Positions 45,265 through 54,846 of a DNA stretch of 64,000 nucleotides are shown in pieces. The notes beneath the pieces were generated by a model, which ran no database searches, was not told the DNA's origin, and saw only the letters and a program-made list of their open reading frames with translations. How positions within the stretch are numbered: position 1 is the stretch's first letter; each line of letters starts with the position of its first letter. Source of the DNA: Candidatus Pacebacteria bacterium CG2_30_36_39 (GTDB lineage Bacteria > Patescibacteriota > Microgenomatia > UBA1400 > PJMF01); contig MNZB01000003.1 in assembly GCA_001873435.1 (NCBI GenBank), positions 206,031-270,030 on the forward strand, in the 5' to 3' direction. The position numbers and the translations under genes were made by a program.

Positions 45265-45542
45265 ATAAGCTTCATTTTAACTCAAAAAAGCTCTACACCA
45301 AAACCAATATTGCAAAGTATGCAAAAATTCACAACATAAATAATCGCTAGTTGAGGTATAATATCCCCATAACAAAGAGATGACCTAAACTTGGTTTTTC
45401 GAAATCAGGCATGGTCAAAAAACTCACAACGGTTAAAGCCCCTCGCTGGGGAATTCGTTGTGAGTCGTACAGGGAAACTTGTGCGGGTGGAGACACCTAA
45501 ACCGGCGGGGGACTTTTGCGTCTTCCGGCCGAAAAGGCCGCA

Positions 45543-46238
45543 ATGAAAAAACTACGACAACTAATTACATCAATTCTTCCAGCAGTTTTATTATTGCTTT
45601 TAATTGGTACTGGTGTAGCCTTTGCACATTACCGCGAGCAACAAATCACTCAACGTGTTCAACTTGTGGTTTCACCAACCCCAACATTAAAACCAACCTC
45701 AAATCAGTTTCCAAGGGCAACCCCATTACCAAACACTGTACAACCAACCACCAAAAAAGCTTTTGACAATATTACTTGTACAGGGCCTGACGGTAAGCAG
45801 TTCCAAACTACTCAGAAAGAATGTGAAAACTTCAACGCCGCCTGGGGCAACACCTCTAAAACTCAACTAGCACCTGCTGATTTACCAAGTCAACAAAAAT
45901 ACACTGAAACCCAAAATGGACAAAAACAGCCACCTTGTACCGTTGGTGGTTATACCTATTATTACACTGACCCCACTACTTGTGCCCGTTGGCAACAAGA
46001 ACAAAAAGAATTTGAAGAATCACTAAACAATATACAGTACGTTTTTACTCCACCAGATACCACGACTATTCAACCAGATAATACCGTAGCGAAAGAAGCT
46101 TGCAAGTCCGCCGCACAATCCGAATATAACTCAGCAGTAGCCGCTGCTCAAACCTATGGCGGCAATGTGCAGACTGCAGCATTAGAGATTACTCGCAATG
46201 ACCTTAATTATAAACTTGGAAAATGTGAAGGCTTATAA
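45543..46238 (+). CDS. Secreted Thr/Gln/Pro-rich protein with conserved Cys pairs
   Basis: The ORF track starts at 45516 (TTG). The ATG giving MKKLRQLITSILPAVLLLLLIGTGVAFA is a classic signal peptide and has an AAAGG SD, so it is the likelier start. The mature protein has 6 Cys. Confidence 0.45.
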   Translation: MKKLRQLITSILPAVLLLLLIGTGVAFAHYREQQITQRVQLVVSPTPTLKPTSNQFPRATPLPNTVQPTTKKAFDNITCTGPDGKQFQTTQKECENFNAAWGNTSKTQLAPADLPSQQKYTETQNGQKQPPCTVGGYTYYYTDPTTCARWQQEQKEFEESLNNIQYVFTPPDTTTIQPDNTVAKEACKSAAQSEYNSAVAAAQTYGGNVQTAALEITRNDLNYKLGKCEGL

Positions 46239-46239
46239 A

Positions 46240-46563
46240 ATGGAAATAAAGATATTAAAACCAATCAATATCATACTTATCTATGGCGTAATTGTGTCTG
46301 TCTTGTTTACTACTATGGCACTCTATACTTGGCCCCAATTGACCTCGGACGGCACGAGATTCGGTTATGAAACTTGTATTGAGACAAGTCGTGAAATGGG
46401 TAAAGACATTTGTGATGCTTGGACAGATGACCCCTCATATTACCGCCCAGCTGGTGGCGAACTCTACGCAATACTAACAAGAGTTGCTATTCTGGTGGGA
46501 ATTATATGGTTTCCAACTAGTGTGTATCAATGGAATAAGCTAAGAACAAAAGAAGCAAAGTAG
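46240..46563 (+). CDS. Small 2-TM membrane protein
   Basis: The ORF track starts at 46198. The internal ATG at 46240, 1 nt after the upstream stop, gives a 107-aa protein that begins with a TM helix (translational coupling). Confidence 0.35.
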   Translation: MEIKILKPINIILIYGVIVSVLFTTMALYTWPQLTSDGTRFGYETCIETSREMGKDICDAWTDDPSYYRPAGGELYAILTRVAILVGIIWFPTSVYQWNKLRTKEAK

Positions 46564-46624
46564 TATGCAAAACTCACTTCGGAGTGTCTAGTCTGATAGT
46601 CTTTTCTTCAAGCCTCTATCTCAA

Positions 46625-47116
46625 TTGATTTCGGCAAATATTATCATGAGCTCCAGCAAAAGGGTGGTTGAAGCCACACCGCAAATTTCCATTTCTAGCG
46701 TTAAAGATTTTGTCAGTCAACGAAATTCAGTCGTTCAACTGAGCCTCACTAATAGCATTGGCAACCAATCACCTTATTTCGCAAAAACCACAACCACGAA
46801 ATGCTATTTTGGTGGCACTAGACCTTGGTTTGAGTGTAATTTATGTAGTAAAAGAGCAGGAAATTTATATCTCAATGAGAACGGCACAGACTTGTTTTGC
46901 AGAGTGTGTTCTAATCTTCGCTACCGTTCTCAAGGGTTCAGTGGTAGCTCACGTTTACTGATGATGGCCTTTGATGCTGATGAAAGAGCCGAAGCCGTTT
47001 TTAAGGGGCCACAGAGGGTCAAATTTCTCTATAAAGGTAGACCAACCAAGAGATTTAAGCGATTTTTGAAATATCGACAGAAAGCCGAGCGATTAAGTCG
47101 TATATTCACCAATTAA
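46625..47116 (+). CDS. Hypothetical protein with a zinc-ribbon-like CxxC...CxxC
   Basis: 163 aa. CNLCSKRAGNLYLNENGTDLFCRVC. Basic C-terminus. Confidence 0.3.
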   Translation: MISANIIMSSSKRVVEATPQISISSVKDFVSQRNSVVQLSLTNSIGNQSPYFAKTTTTKCYFGGTRPWFECNLCSKRAGNLYLNENGTDLFCRVCSNLRYRSQGFSGSSRLLMMAFDADERAEAVFKGPQRVKFLYKGRPTKRFKRFLKYRQKAERLSRIFTN

Positions 47117-47256
47117 ATTTGCTATTGCAGAACAATCACTAAGAATTTAAAATGTGACTCACTAGACTTCCCTGGATTCTACGCAGAATCCCTTTTAGTT
47201 CTAGTTACAAGCAATCCTATTAATAACGGCTGGCGAGCCGAAGGATTTTTGTAGCT

Positions 47257-48204
47257 ATGAACATTTCATTTTCCCTTCCCAAAGATAGAGTAAAAATGTT
47301 GTTTGACCCCAAGATAGCTAAATCGGTGGGAACTGACTCGGCCATTATTCTACAAAATATTGAATACTGGGTAACTCGTAAAGAAGAAGAAAGCTCAGAT
47401 TCGAATTTTCATGGTGGGCACTACTGGACTTACAACAGCTCCAGAAGATTCGCCGAGATATTTGACTGGATGCATGAACGAAAGATTGCCCGATGCCTTC
47501 AAAAACTTGAAGTAAAAGGTTATCTTATCTCTGGTAATTACAACAGGCATCAGTATGACCGCACAAAATGGTATTCACTCAAATGCAACCGACAAGATTG
47601 CACACTTTGCAATGGTATCAACCAAAAACGTCTAAAAGATTCACCTGCCAGTTCTGATGCTGGTGACAACAATGTCCAACCTATACCAGATACTAAACAC
47701 AGAGTAAATAAACCACCTATTAATCATTATTCTGGTTTGGAGCAAACCAGTGTACATGTAGAGGTAGATGACACCAACTTTCTTTCTCTTGGTTCTGAGC
47801 GAAGCTCGAGCGAGCGGTCTAAAGGCGATAGCCGTAGCGTAAAAAACCGCCCAATGAGTAAGCGATTAGCCAACAAGGCTCGAACACTTAGAGAAAGATT
47901 AAGCCTTGTTCATGGCTACAACATTCATTTCTATGAAGCTTGGGAAGAGAAATTTAGGAAGCCCTATCCATGGTCAGAAGATTACGAAAGCGAAGAAGTG
48001 TGGGAAAAAATGAAGGAATTAGAGCAAGAATGGGGAGAAGAATTTGAAGTATTGATAGAGCTTTACTTGCTTCAAGAGTTCAGAGGAAAGACAAATTCTA
48101 GGATACATCACTTTCTATCTGACCGAATTCAAAACAACCTTCAAAATAAGATTATTACCTCAAGTATGAAAAATGAACATAGAGAAAAAATACGCGGATG
48201 TTAA
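47257..48204 (+). CDS. Hypothetical protein with an N-terminal winged-helix-like DNA-binding region and acidic C-terminus (possible replication/regulatory protein of an integrated element)
   Basis: 315 aa. The N-terminal ~110 aa (IEYWVTRKEE...HGGHYWTYNSSRRFAEIFDWMHERKIARCLQKLEVKGYLISGNY) resemble phage/plasmid replication-initiator or DnaD-like wH domains. Serine- and acid-rich C-terminus. Confidence 0.35.
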   Translation: MNISFSLPKDRVKMLFDPKIAKSVGTDSAIILQNIEYWVTRKEEESSDSNFHGGHYWTYNSSRRFAEIFDWMHERKIARCLQKLEVKGYLISGNYNRHQYDRTKWYSLKCNRQDCTLCNGINQKRLKDSPASSDAGDNNVQPIPDTKHRVNKPPINHYSGLEQTSVHVEVDDTNFLSLGSERSSSERSKGDSRSVKNRPMSKRLANKARTLRERLSLVHGYNIHFYEAWEEKFRKPYPWSEDYESEEVWEKMKELEQEWGEEFEVLIELYLLQEFRGKTNSRIHHFLSDRIQNNLQNKIITSSMKNEHREKIRGC

Positions 48205-48429
48205 CTTGCTTGAAATGAAAATTACTATGAGCCTCTTCAACTATAACTGCAACTACAAGCCCTCACAAGAGATTTTTAAAAGTCAAGAATGTCTTTTTTT
48301 CACACTCAGTGTTATAAACACCTCACAAGCATTTATCTTTTATAAATAACTGCATAATCTAGGCACGCCTTTGAGTTTCAAATTTTGAGCTCCACCTGTG
48401 TGACTTGATGAAGCGCGGAAGCACTCATC

Positions 48430-48648
48430 ATGTCCAAAAGGCATTCTAGCGGTCGACAAGCGACGACTGGCTTACCAAACCCCCAAAACAGTCCTGCCCA
48501 ACAGTACAAATTTTCGAGTGATGAACTCGATAACCTTGTCGATTCTTTTATCGACTTGATTATTGACGACTTCATTGTGAAGTATCGCTCGGGCCAGCTT
48601 GATGTGTCTGTGTTGAAAAAGAAGGGAGTAAGTATGTTTGAAAAGTAG
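48430..48648 (+). CDS. Small ORF upstream of the serine recombinase (candidate recombination directionality factor or regulator; uncertain)
   Basis: 72 aa, co-oriented with and 55 nt upstream of the recombinase. It conflicts with antisense ORF 48378..48728, so either could be spurious. Confidence 0.2.
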   Translation: MSKRHSSGRQATTGLPNPQNSPAQQYKFSSDELDNLVDSFIDLIIDDFIVKYRSGQLDVSVLKKKGVSMFEK

Positions 48649-48702
48649 GCCTGTAAAAAGACCAAGGTTGAAATTATAATAAGTAAATGAAAGTATGAGT
48701 TT

Positions 48703-50253
48703 ATGAAAAATAAAAAAGAAACAATCAATATAAATAGAGCCTGTCTATATCTAAGGTTTAGCGATGATAAGCAAATTGGTGGAACATCAATTGCAGTTCA
48801 AAACAAATCATGTCGTGACTACTGCGCAATACATGAATGGAAAGTAGTAATAGTTGAGAAAAACGAAGCAGTCACAGCTAAAACCTCAAATATCCGTAGA
48901 GTTGCAGAATTACTAGAATTTTGCAAAAGAAATAAGGGTAAATTTGAGGTACTCGTGGTCTTCAAGCTTAATAGATTTGCTCGAGACCAAGCAATGCACC
49001 ATTATCTGAGGTCAGAACTTCTAAAATTAGGTATTTTATTACGTTCTGCCACTGAACCAATAGATGAAACTCCAATGGGTAAGTTAACTGAAGGAATATT
49101 AGCTGCTTTAGCTGAGTTTGATAATGGTGTTAAGTCTGAAATGGTTAAAGCAGCTCTTTGGCGCAGAGTTGAGGAAGGCATGTGGCCATGGCATCCGCCA
49201 CTTGGCTATATGTCAATTCGTCAAAAGGATGAGAAAGTGAAAGCTCACGTACCAGACCCAGGGCTTGAGCAAGCAATTATTGACCTTTTCACCAGTTTCT
49301 CAACGGGCACTGTCTCTCAATTCGATTTGTCAAAAGAGTATGCAGCCAAGAAATTAACAGACTATAAAGGGAGAACAATTAAATTTTCACCCCAGTCGGT
49401 CAATAATATTCTTAACAACCGCTACTATATGGGAATCTTGGTTCATGAAGATGGCAGGCATATCCAAGGAAAGCATAAAGCTATTATTAAGCCAAGTTTG
49501 TTTGAGAAATGCCAGTATATCTTGCACAAAAAGTCTAATGGCACCGCTGGAAGTCAACGACTGCACGATAACCCAGAATTTCCCTTGAAACCAACCTTGC
49601 GCTGTGCAAGTTGCAAGGAGTTATTGACGGCTCAGTTTTCCAACTCTGCAAGAGGTACTAAGCATCCTCATTACTTTTGCAGAAATAATAAGTGCAATTT
49701 ATTTCGTAAAACGTACAAGCGGTCAAAATTAGAGAATGAGTTTGGCATCTATTTGCGACAAATTAAACCAACTAAAGAGTTTGTAAAGCGGTTCCAGGAG
49801 AGATTCCTGGACCGCTACAAAACCCGTGAGCTAGACCTAAAAGGTGAGTATTTGCGAAAGCTTGGAGATGTGCAAAAACTCGAGAAAGACCTTAAGTTTG
49901 TTATTGACCAAGGTAAGAAGGGAGTTTTGAAAAATGACACTTTCAAGAATGCTATTGAGGAAGTTGAATCAAAGCTTAGTTTAGCAAAAATGTCACTGCG
50001 AGAAACTCATGGAGAAGAGATTGACGTTCAGCTTTTGATGGCTTATGCGGAGAGCTTTATTCAAACCATTGAAAAAGTCTGGTATGACGCTCCATTTGAG
50101 ATTAAGAAGAAAATTCAGAATTTTGTTCTGCCTGGTGGCGTTTACTTAACTAAGACCAGAGAAGGCTATTTTTTTTCGAACCCTCAATTAGGTGGATTGT
50201 TCCAACTAATTCAGGATTTTGGTGCTGATGATTCAACTGTTGTGACCCCATAG
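48703..50253 (+). CDS. Large serine recombinase (integrase)
   Basis: 516 aa. Resolvase catalytic domain with the Ser nucleophile in YLRFSDDKQ. Recombinase domain. Zinc-ribbon Cys cluster (CASCKELL...HYFCRNNKCN). C-terminal coiled coil. The last 11 nt overlap the 3' end of tRNA-Glu. Confidence 0.8.
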   Translation: MKNKKETININRACLYLRFSDDKQIGGTSIAVQNKSCRDYCAIHEWKVVIVEKNEAVTAKTSNIRRVAELLEFCKRNKGKFEVLVVFKLNRFARDQAMHHYLRSELLKLGILLRSATEPIDETPMGKLTEGILAALAEFDNGVKSEMVKAALWRRVEEGMWPWHPPLGYMSIRQKDEKVKAHVPDPGLEQAIIDLFTSFSTGTVSQFDLSKEYAAKKLTDYKGRTIKFSPQSVNNILNNRYYMGILVHEDGRHIQGKHKAIIKPSLFEKCQYILHKKSNGTAGSQRLHDNPEFPLKPTLRCASCKELLTAQFSNSARGTKHPHYFCRNNKCNLFRKTYKRSKLENEFGIYLRQIKPTKEFVKRFQERFLDRYKTRELDLKGEYLRKLGDVQKLEKDLKFVIDQGKKGVLKNDTFKNAIEEVESKLSLAKMSLRETHGEEIDVQLLMAYAESFIQTIEKVWYDAPFEIKKKIQNFVLPGGVYLTKTREGYFFSNPQLGGLFQLIQDFGADDSTVVTP

Positions 50254-50314
50254 GGAGTCGAACCCTACTTACCAGGATGAAAACCTGGTGTCCTAACCGA
50301 TAGACGATGGGGCC
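50243..50314 (-). tRNA. tRNA-Glu (anticodon UUC)
   Basis: The minus strand reads GGCCCCA...TGGGGTC acceptor, anticodon stem-loop CCAGG-TTTTCAT-CCTGG and T-loop GGTTCGACTCC. The 3' end overlaps the recombinase stop region. Not in the ORF track. Confidence 0.8.
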
Positions 50315-50398
50315 TTTTAAAAAGGCTATCAGTCACCCAACATTTCAAAGTGCTAGCAATGATAGCAAATTAATAACTATCTCGTAAATAACTCAATA

Positions 50399-50743
50399 TT
50401 ATTCAGCTTTAGTAAAAGCACTCTTCTCTTTAATACGAGAAGCAGCCTTACCAATCTTTTCGCGTAAATAATATAATTTACTACGGCGAACAGCACCTTT
50501 GCGTTTCACTTCGATATTTTTAATTGAACCAAGCATAACTGGGAAGATTTTCTCTACTCCAATACCATTGGCACCAATCTTTCTTACAGTAAAAGATTTA
50601 CCAGAAGCGACGTTTTTAATAGCAATAACAATACCCTCAAAAATCTGGATACGCTTCTTACTACCTTCTACAATCTCCTGATGAACACGAACGGTATCAC
50701 CGATAGAGACATTGTTGTTGTTATATTCAAAATATTGAGCCAT
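50399..50743 (-). CDS. rplS: 50S ribosomal protein L19
   Basis: L19 core ([24 protein letters not shown]...RRSKLYYLR). The ORF track begins 20 codons upstream. The likely start is MAQYFEY (about 50743) with an AAGGGA SD. Confidence 0.85.
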   Translation of the reverse strand: MAQYFEYNNNNVSIGDTVRVHQEIVEGSKKRIQIFEGIVIAIKNVASGKSFTVRKIGANGIGVEKIFPVMLGSIKNIEVKRKGAVRRSKLYYLREKIGKAASRIKEKSAFTKAE

Positions 50744-50860
50744 TATTTTTCCCTTTCTCAAAGTCTGAGAGATGTTCTTGTTTGCTGTCGGAATATCGCT
50801 CACGACAGACGGATATTTTACTCTGGAATGCTAGTTATCGCAAGTCCGGTATTTTAGTTA

Positions 50861-52630
50861 TTATACAGTTTCTGAAATTTTTTCTGCTTTACTAGTAGTT
50901 CCCTGGTCATGCTTAGCATCATAATCGAGAACAGCCTTAACATACTCAATAAAAATTGGATGTGGTTTCAAAGGCTGAGACTTGTATTCTGGATGAGCCT
51001 GAGTAGCGATAAAGAATGGATGCTCACTAATTGGCAACTCAATCATCTCGACAAAAAAATCATCTGGACTGGTACCTGAAATTACAAAACCCTTATCTTC
51101 CAAAACCTTGCGATAAGCATTATTAAATTCAAAACGATGACGATGACGTTCAGAAATCAAATTCTTACCCTTATCTTTGAAAGCATTATGTTTGGAATAG
51201 ATCTGGTGGGCAAGAGTCTTTGGTTTTAACACACAATCATAGCCACCAAGTCTCATGCTAGCCCCTACTCCTTTAATTTGCTGGTATTTAGCCTCAAAAG
51301 GAATATCATGAATAATTGGATTGGTTGTATTTGGATTAACCTCTTTTGTATTAGCATCTTCCAAACCAACAACATTACGAGCAAATTCTACTGAAGCCAA
51401 CTGCATACCATAACAAAGACCCAAATATGGAACCTTATTTTCTCTAGCATATTTAATAGCTGCTATCTTACCCTCAACACCTCTGGATCCCCAACCGATT
51501 GGCACAATAACTCCATCAGCCCGATGAAGATTTTCTAGTGCTTTTTCATCATTCTTTTCCAAAAGCTCTGCTTTAATGAAAATAATTTCTAAGTCAGTAT
51601 CGTTGTACCAACTAGAATGATCGAGTGACTCTAATAAAGAAGTATATGAATCTTTTAACTCATAATCACCAGTGGCAATATATTTAGCAATAATTGCAAT
51701 GGAAATTTTTCTTTTCTTCTTTGATAAAATCTTAGTGACCAAATTCTCCCACTCCTTCAACTTAACTGGTTTATATGGCAATTTTAATTTAGCCATCAAC
51801 TGTTTATCGACAGTTTGCTTGTGAAAAGTTAAAGGAATTTCATAGATACTCTTTGCATCTGGATTAGAAATAACATCTTCCTTTTGCATATTACAAAAGT
51901 AAGCTACTTTTTCTTTGCGCTTATCATCAATAACCGCCTCTGCTCTACCAACAATTAAATCTGGTTGAATACCCATGGCATGCAAATTTTTAACAGAAAG
52001 CTGAGTTGGTTTTGATTTAAGCTCATTAATATGATGAGGAGTTGGGAAGTATGTAACATGAACCAATACCACATCGTCTGGTAGACTTTGTTTCATGATG
52101 CGATAGGCTTCGTAGTAGATGATATTCTGGTATTCCCCAGCAGTGCCACCCAATTCAATCATAACCACGTCATAGCCCTCTGCAGCTTCTCTAATGCGTC
52201 TAATCACCTCTTCTGGAACATAGGGAATGGCATCAACAGTAGCACCTTCATATTCAAGGTTTTTGGCTTTTTCAATAACAGTTGAATAAATCTGGCCCAT
52301 GGTAGTGAAGTTTTTATATCCCACTTCTTTACCAATGAAGCGCTCATAGGTACCAAGGTCAAGATCTGCCTCGAGTCCATCTTCACATAAGAAAACATCC
52401 CCATGTTCAATGGGATTAATATTGCCTGAGTCAATGTTTAAATAATTTTCACACTTCAAATTAGTGACGGAAAAACCATGTTGCTTGAATAAAACTCCAA
52501 TAGATGCGGCTGTAGCGCCCTTTCCTAGACCAGAAAGAACACCTCCAGAAACGAAGATGTATTTCTTTGGTTTTTTGCTAGAAAAATTAAGTAACCCGTC
52601 TAATCTCACGGGATTGAATTGTACCGACAA
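50861..52630 (-). CDS. pyrG: CTP synthase
   Basis: 589 aa. N-terminal synthetase domain (KYIFVSGGVLSGLGKG). C-terminal glutamine amidotransferase with GLCYGMQ and HPE. The N-terminus may start later with a non-ATG codon. Confidence 0.9.
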   Translation of the reverse strand: MSVQFNPVRLDGLLNFSSKKPKKYIFVSGGVLSGLGKGATAASIGVLFKQHGFSVTNLKCENYLNIDSGNINPIEHGDVFLCEDGLEADLDLGTYERFIGKEVGYKNFTTMGQIYSTVIEKAKNLEYEGATVDAIPYVPEEVIRRIREAAEGYDVVMIELGGTAGEYQNIIYYEAYRIMKQSLPDDVVLVHVTYFPTPHHINELKSKPTQLSVKNLHAMGIQPDLIVGRAEAVIDDKRKEKVAYFCNMQKEDVISNPDAKSIYEIPLTFHKQTVDKQLMAKLKLPYKPVKLKEWENLVTKILSKKKRKISIAIIAKYIATGDYELKDSYTSLLESLDHSSWYNDTDLEIIFIKAELLEKNDEKALENLHRADGVIVPIGWGSRGVEGKIAAIKYARENKVPYLGLCYGMQLASVEFARNVVGLEDANTKEVNPNTTNPIIHDIPFEAKYQQIKGVGASMRLGGYDCVLKPKTLAHQIYSKHNAFKDKGKNLISERHRHRFEFNNAYRKVLEDKGFVISGTSPDDFFVEMIELPISEHPFFIATQAHPEYKSQPLKPHPIFIEYVKAVLDYDAKHDQGTTSKAEKISETV

Positions 52631-52744
52631 ACGTCAATAACGAAAAGGACTAATTTGAATAAGTAACCACAACCTGTGGTATCTCATCTGGATAAATTGG
52701 TGCCACTGCTAGTATTTGGCAAAATAATATTTTAATTAATTGAT

Positions 52745-53341
52745 TTGCAAGTTCAGTGTACAATCACTAGTGAAATGTTAAATGTCACAACCAAAACTGG
52801 TGATGCAGGTGAAACCTCGCTTGCCAATGGCAAAAGATTGTCTAAAGCAGATGCTACTTTTGCTGTTATCGGCACTTTAGACGAATTAAATTCTCATTTG
52901 GGTGTAGTTAATAGTTTATTTTTGAAATTAAATTCTGAGTTAAAAAAAACCAAAGAAAAAAAGACCTTATCTGATCAGCAATATCTCATTAAACAAATTC
53001 AAAAACAACTTTTTGTTTTGGGTGGTTATGTTGCCAAAGCAAACATAAAACTATCTTTGGAATTTCTTGAAAATTTAGAGCAAAACTCTATCTTACTTCA
53101 GGAGAAAATGGCAGCTGATTGGCACAATCGCTTTGTTTTGCCAGGAGGACATATATTAGCGGCTCACTTAGATGTTGCCAGATCAGTTTGCCGAAGATTA
53201 GAACGAGAGTGTGTTATTTATCAAATAGATAACAAAGTAGATGAACTATTGCTTAAAACAATCAATCGTCTTTCTGACTATCTTTATGTTTTGCGTTGTT
53301 TCATTAATGAAGAACTTGGTGTTGAAGAACACTACGTTTAA
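52745..53341 (+). CDS. ATP:cob(I)alamin adenosyltransferase, PduO-type (MMAB-like)
   Basis: TKTGDAGETSL motif near the N-terminus with a helical bundle. The start is probably M11 (about 52775). Confidence 0.6.
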   Translation: MQVQCTITSEMLNVTTKTGDAGETSLANGKRLSKADATFAVIGTLDELNSHLGVVNSLFLKLNSELKKTKEKKTLSDQQYLIKQIQKQLFVLGGYVAKANIKLSLEFLENLEQNSILLQEKMAADWHNRFVLPGGHILAAHLDVARSVCRRLERECVIYQIDNKVDELLLKTINRLSDYLYVLRCFINEELGVEEHYV

Positions 53342-53958
53342 TAACGAAATTTGCGAATTAAACCGACCACTCTACCCTGGATCTGCACATTAGTGGCATA
53401 AATTGGACTCATGGTGGCATTTGCTGGTTCAAGTCTAACGCGAGTTACTTCTTTATAGAAACGTTTGAGGGTGGCAAGGCCATTGTCTAGAAGAGCAACT
53501 ACAATGTCACCATTATTTACTTCAGCAGTTTCTTCAATGACTACATAATCGCCATCATCAATATGGTCTTCAATCATTGATTGACCTTTAACCTGAAGAA
53601 TATAGGCACGTTTTTTACCAGAAATCATTTCTGGGGAGACTTTAAAGGTTGCATCAGTATCGGTATATGGTTCAATCGGAGAACCAGCTGCGATGAAGCC
53701 TAAAATTGGCAAATCAATACTTTCTGTAACATGAAGAAAAGTGCGATCAAATAGTTCAATACCCCTAACAGTGCCTTCATGTTTTTTAATAACATTTTTT
53801 CTTTCCAAAGCTTGAAGATGTTCATGAACTGTAGCTAAAGATGAAACTTGAATAGAGCCAGCGATTTCTTTTAAGGTTGGAGAAAAGCCATTTTTCTGGA
53901 TATATTGAGCAATATAGTCCACAATTTGTCTTTGTCTTTTATAAAGAGTAACAGCCAT
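53338..53958 (-). CDS. lexA: LexA repressor (S24 peptidase family)
   Basis: 206 aa. N-terminal wH DNA-binding domain. C-terminal Ser/Lys dyad (VKGQSM...KRF) and an Ala-Gly-type cleavage region (GFIAAGSP). Confidence 0.85.
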   Translation of the reverse strand: MAVTLYKRQRQIVDYIAQYIQKNGFSPTLKEIAGSIQVSSLATVHEHLQALERKNVIKKHEGTVRGIELFDRTFLHVTESIDLPILGFIAAGSPIEPYTDTDATFKVSPEMISGKKRAYILQVKGQSMIEDHIDDGDYVVIEETAEVNNGDIVVALLDNGLATLKRFYKEVTRVRLEPANATMSPIYATNVQIQGRVVGLIRKFRY

Positions 53959-54193
53959 AAATTCTCCTTTTTAATGTTTATATATACCAAAACTATCCCA
54001 AACAATACCCAGAGTATATGCAAGTAAAGACCGAACATCAACAGCAACTTTAAGTATCTAAACATATCTTTTTCGATAAATTAACAAATACATGATTCGG
54101 GTTTGTGATAGGTTAGGCTTTTCAAATCAAGTTTTTCTCTTTATACTCTTCTCTATCTTTAATCAGATGAATTAATAAATAAAAGGAACAGAT

Positions 54194-54838
54194 ATGGAAT
54201 TTATCTCTGGAATAATTAGTTTTATTTTACACATTGATACGCACTTAACTGACTTGACCTCTACTTATGGTGCTTTAACGTATGGAATTTTGTTTTTAAT
54301 TGTTTTTGCTGAAACAGGATTTGTGGTAACTCCATTTTTACCAGGAGACTCACTTTTATTTGCGGCAGGTGCCTTAGCAGCCCTGGGAACTATGAATATT
54401 TGGATGATTGTGGGAATTTTATTGGCAGCTGCTATCTTGGGGGATGCAGTCAATTATTGGATTGGCCATTTTTTTGGGCAAAAAATCATTGAAAGCAAAA
54501 AATTTCCTTTGATTAAAAAAGAACATATTGATGAGGCACAAAAGTTTTACAATAAATATGGTGGTAAAGCCATTATGTTATCTAGATTCGTACCAATCGT
54601 CCGTACTTTTGCACCTTTTATTGCTGGTATTGGAAAAATGAACTACGCTCAATTTTTAATGTATAACGTTCTTGGAGGTACAGTTTGGATTTTGCTATTT
54701 TCTTTTGCTGGCTTTTTCTTTGGTAATATCCCCAGTGTCAAACATAATTTTACTTTAGTAATCTTAGGCATTATTGCTATTTCTGTTGTTCCAATTATTT
54801 TTGAGACACTAAAAGCAAAGAAAAATAAAAATAAATAA
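54194..54838 (+). CDS. DedA/SNARE-associated family membrane protein
   Basis: 214 aa. DedA signature FAETGFVVTPFLPGDSLLFAAG. Confidence 0.7.
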   Translation: MEFISGIISFILHIDTHLTDLTSTYGALTYGILFLIVFAETGFVVTPFLPGDSLLFAAGALAALGTMNIWMIVGILLAAAILGDAVNYWIGHFFGQKIIESKKFPLIKKEHIDEAQKFYNKYGGKAIMLSRFVPIVRTFAPFIAGIGKMNYAQFLMYNVLGGTVWILLFSFAGFFFGNIPSVKHNFTLVILGIIAISVVPIIFETLKAKKNKNK

Positions 54839-54846
54839 TCAATAAA

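Noticed and set aside
45516-45542. TTG start at 45516 for the secreted protein as given in the ORF track
   Set aside because: The in-frame ATG about 27 nt downstream gives a canonical MKK... signal peptide with an SD. The upstream extension would read through a GC hairpin. The downstream start was adopted. Hand-counted coordinates in this region may be off by 1 nt.
48378-48728. Minus-strand 116-aa ORF overlapping the integrase upstream region
   Set aside because: It overlaps the start of the serine recombinase gene and the co-oriented small ORF 48430..48648. It is hydrophobic and low-complexity with no RBS evidence, so it is probably spurious.
35600-50320. Direct repeat of the tRNA-Glu 3' end as the attL of the island
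   Set aside because: I scanned for gagtcgaaccc / tcgaacc-type matches to the left and found only the T-arms of other tRNAs (19510, 33070). No att repeat can be claimed. The boundary is left open.
53959-54193. CGAACAT half-site as a LexA/Cheo box
   Set aside because: Only a half-site with no matching inverted partner at the canonical spacing. Insufficient to call an SOS box.
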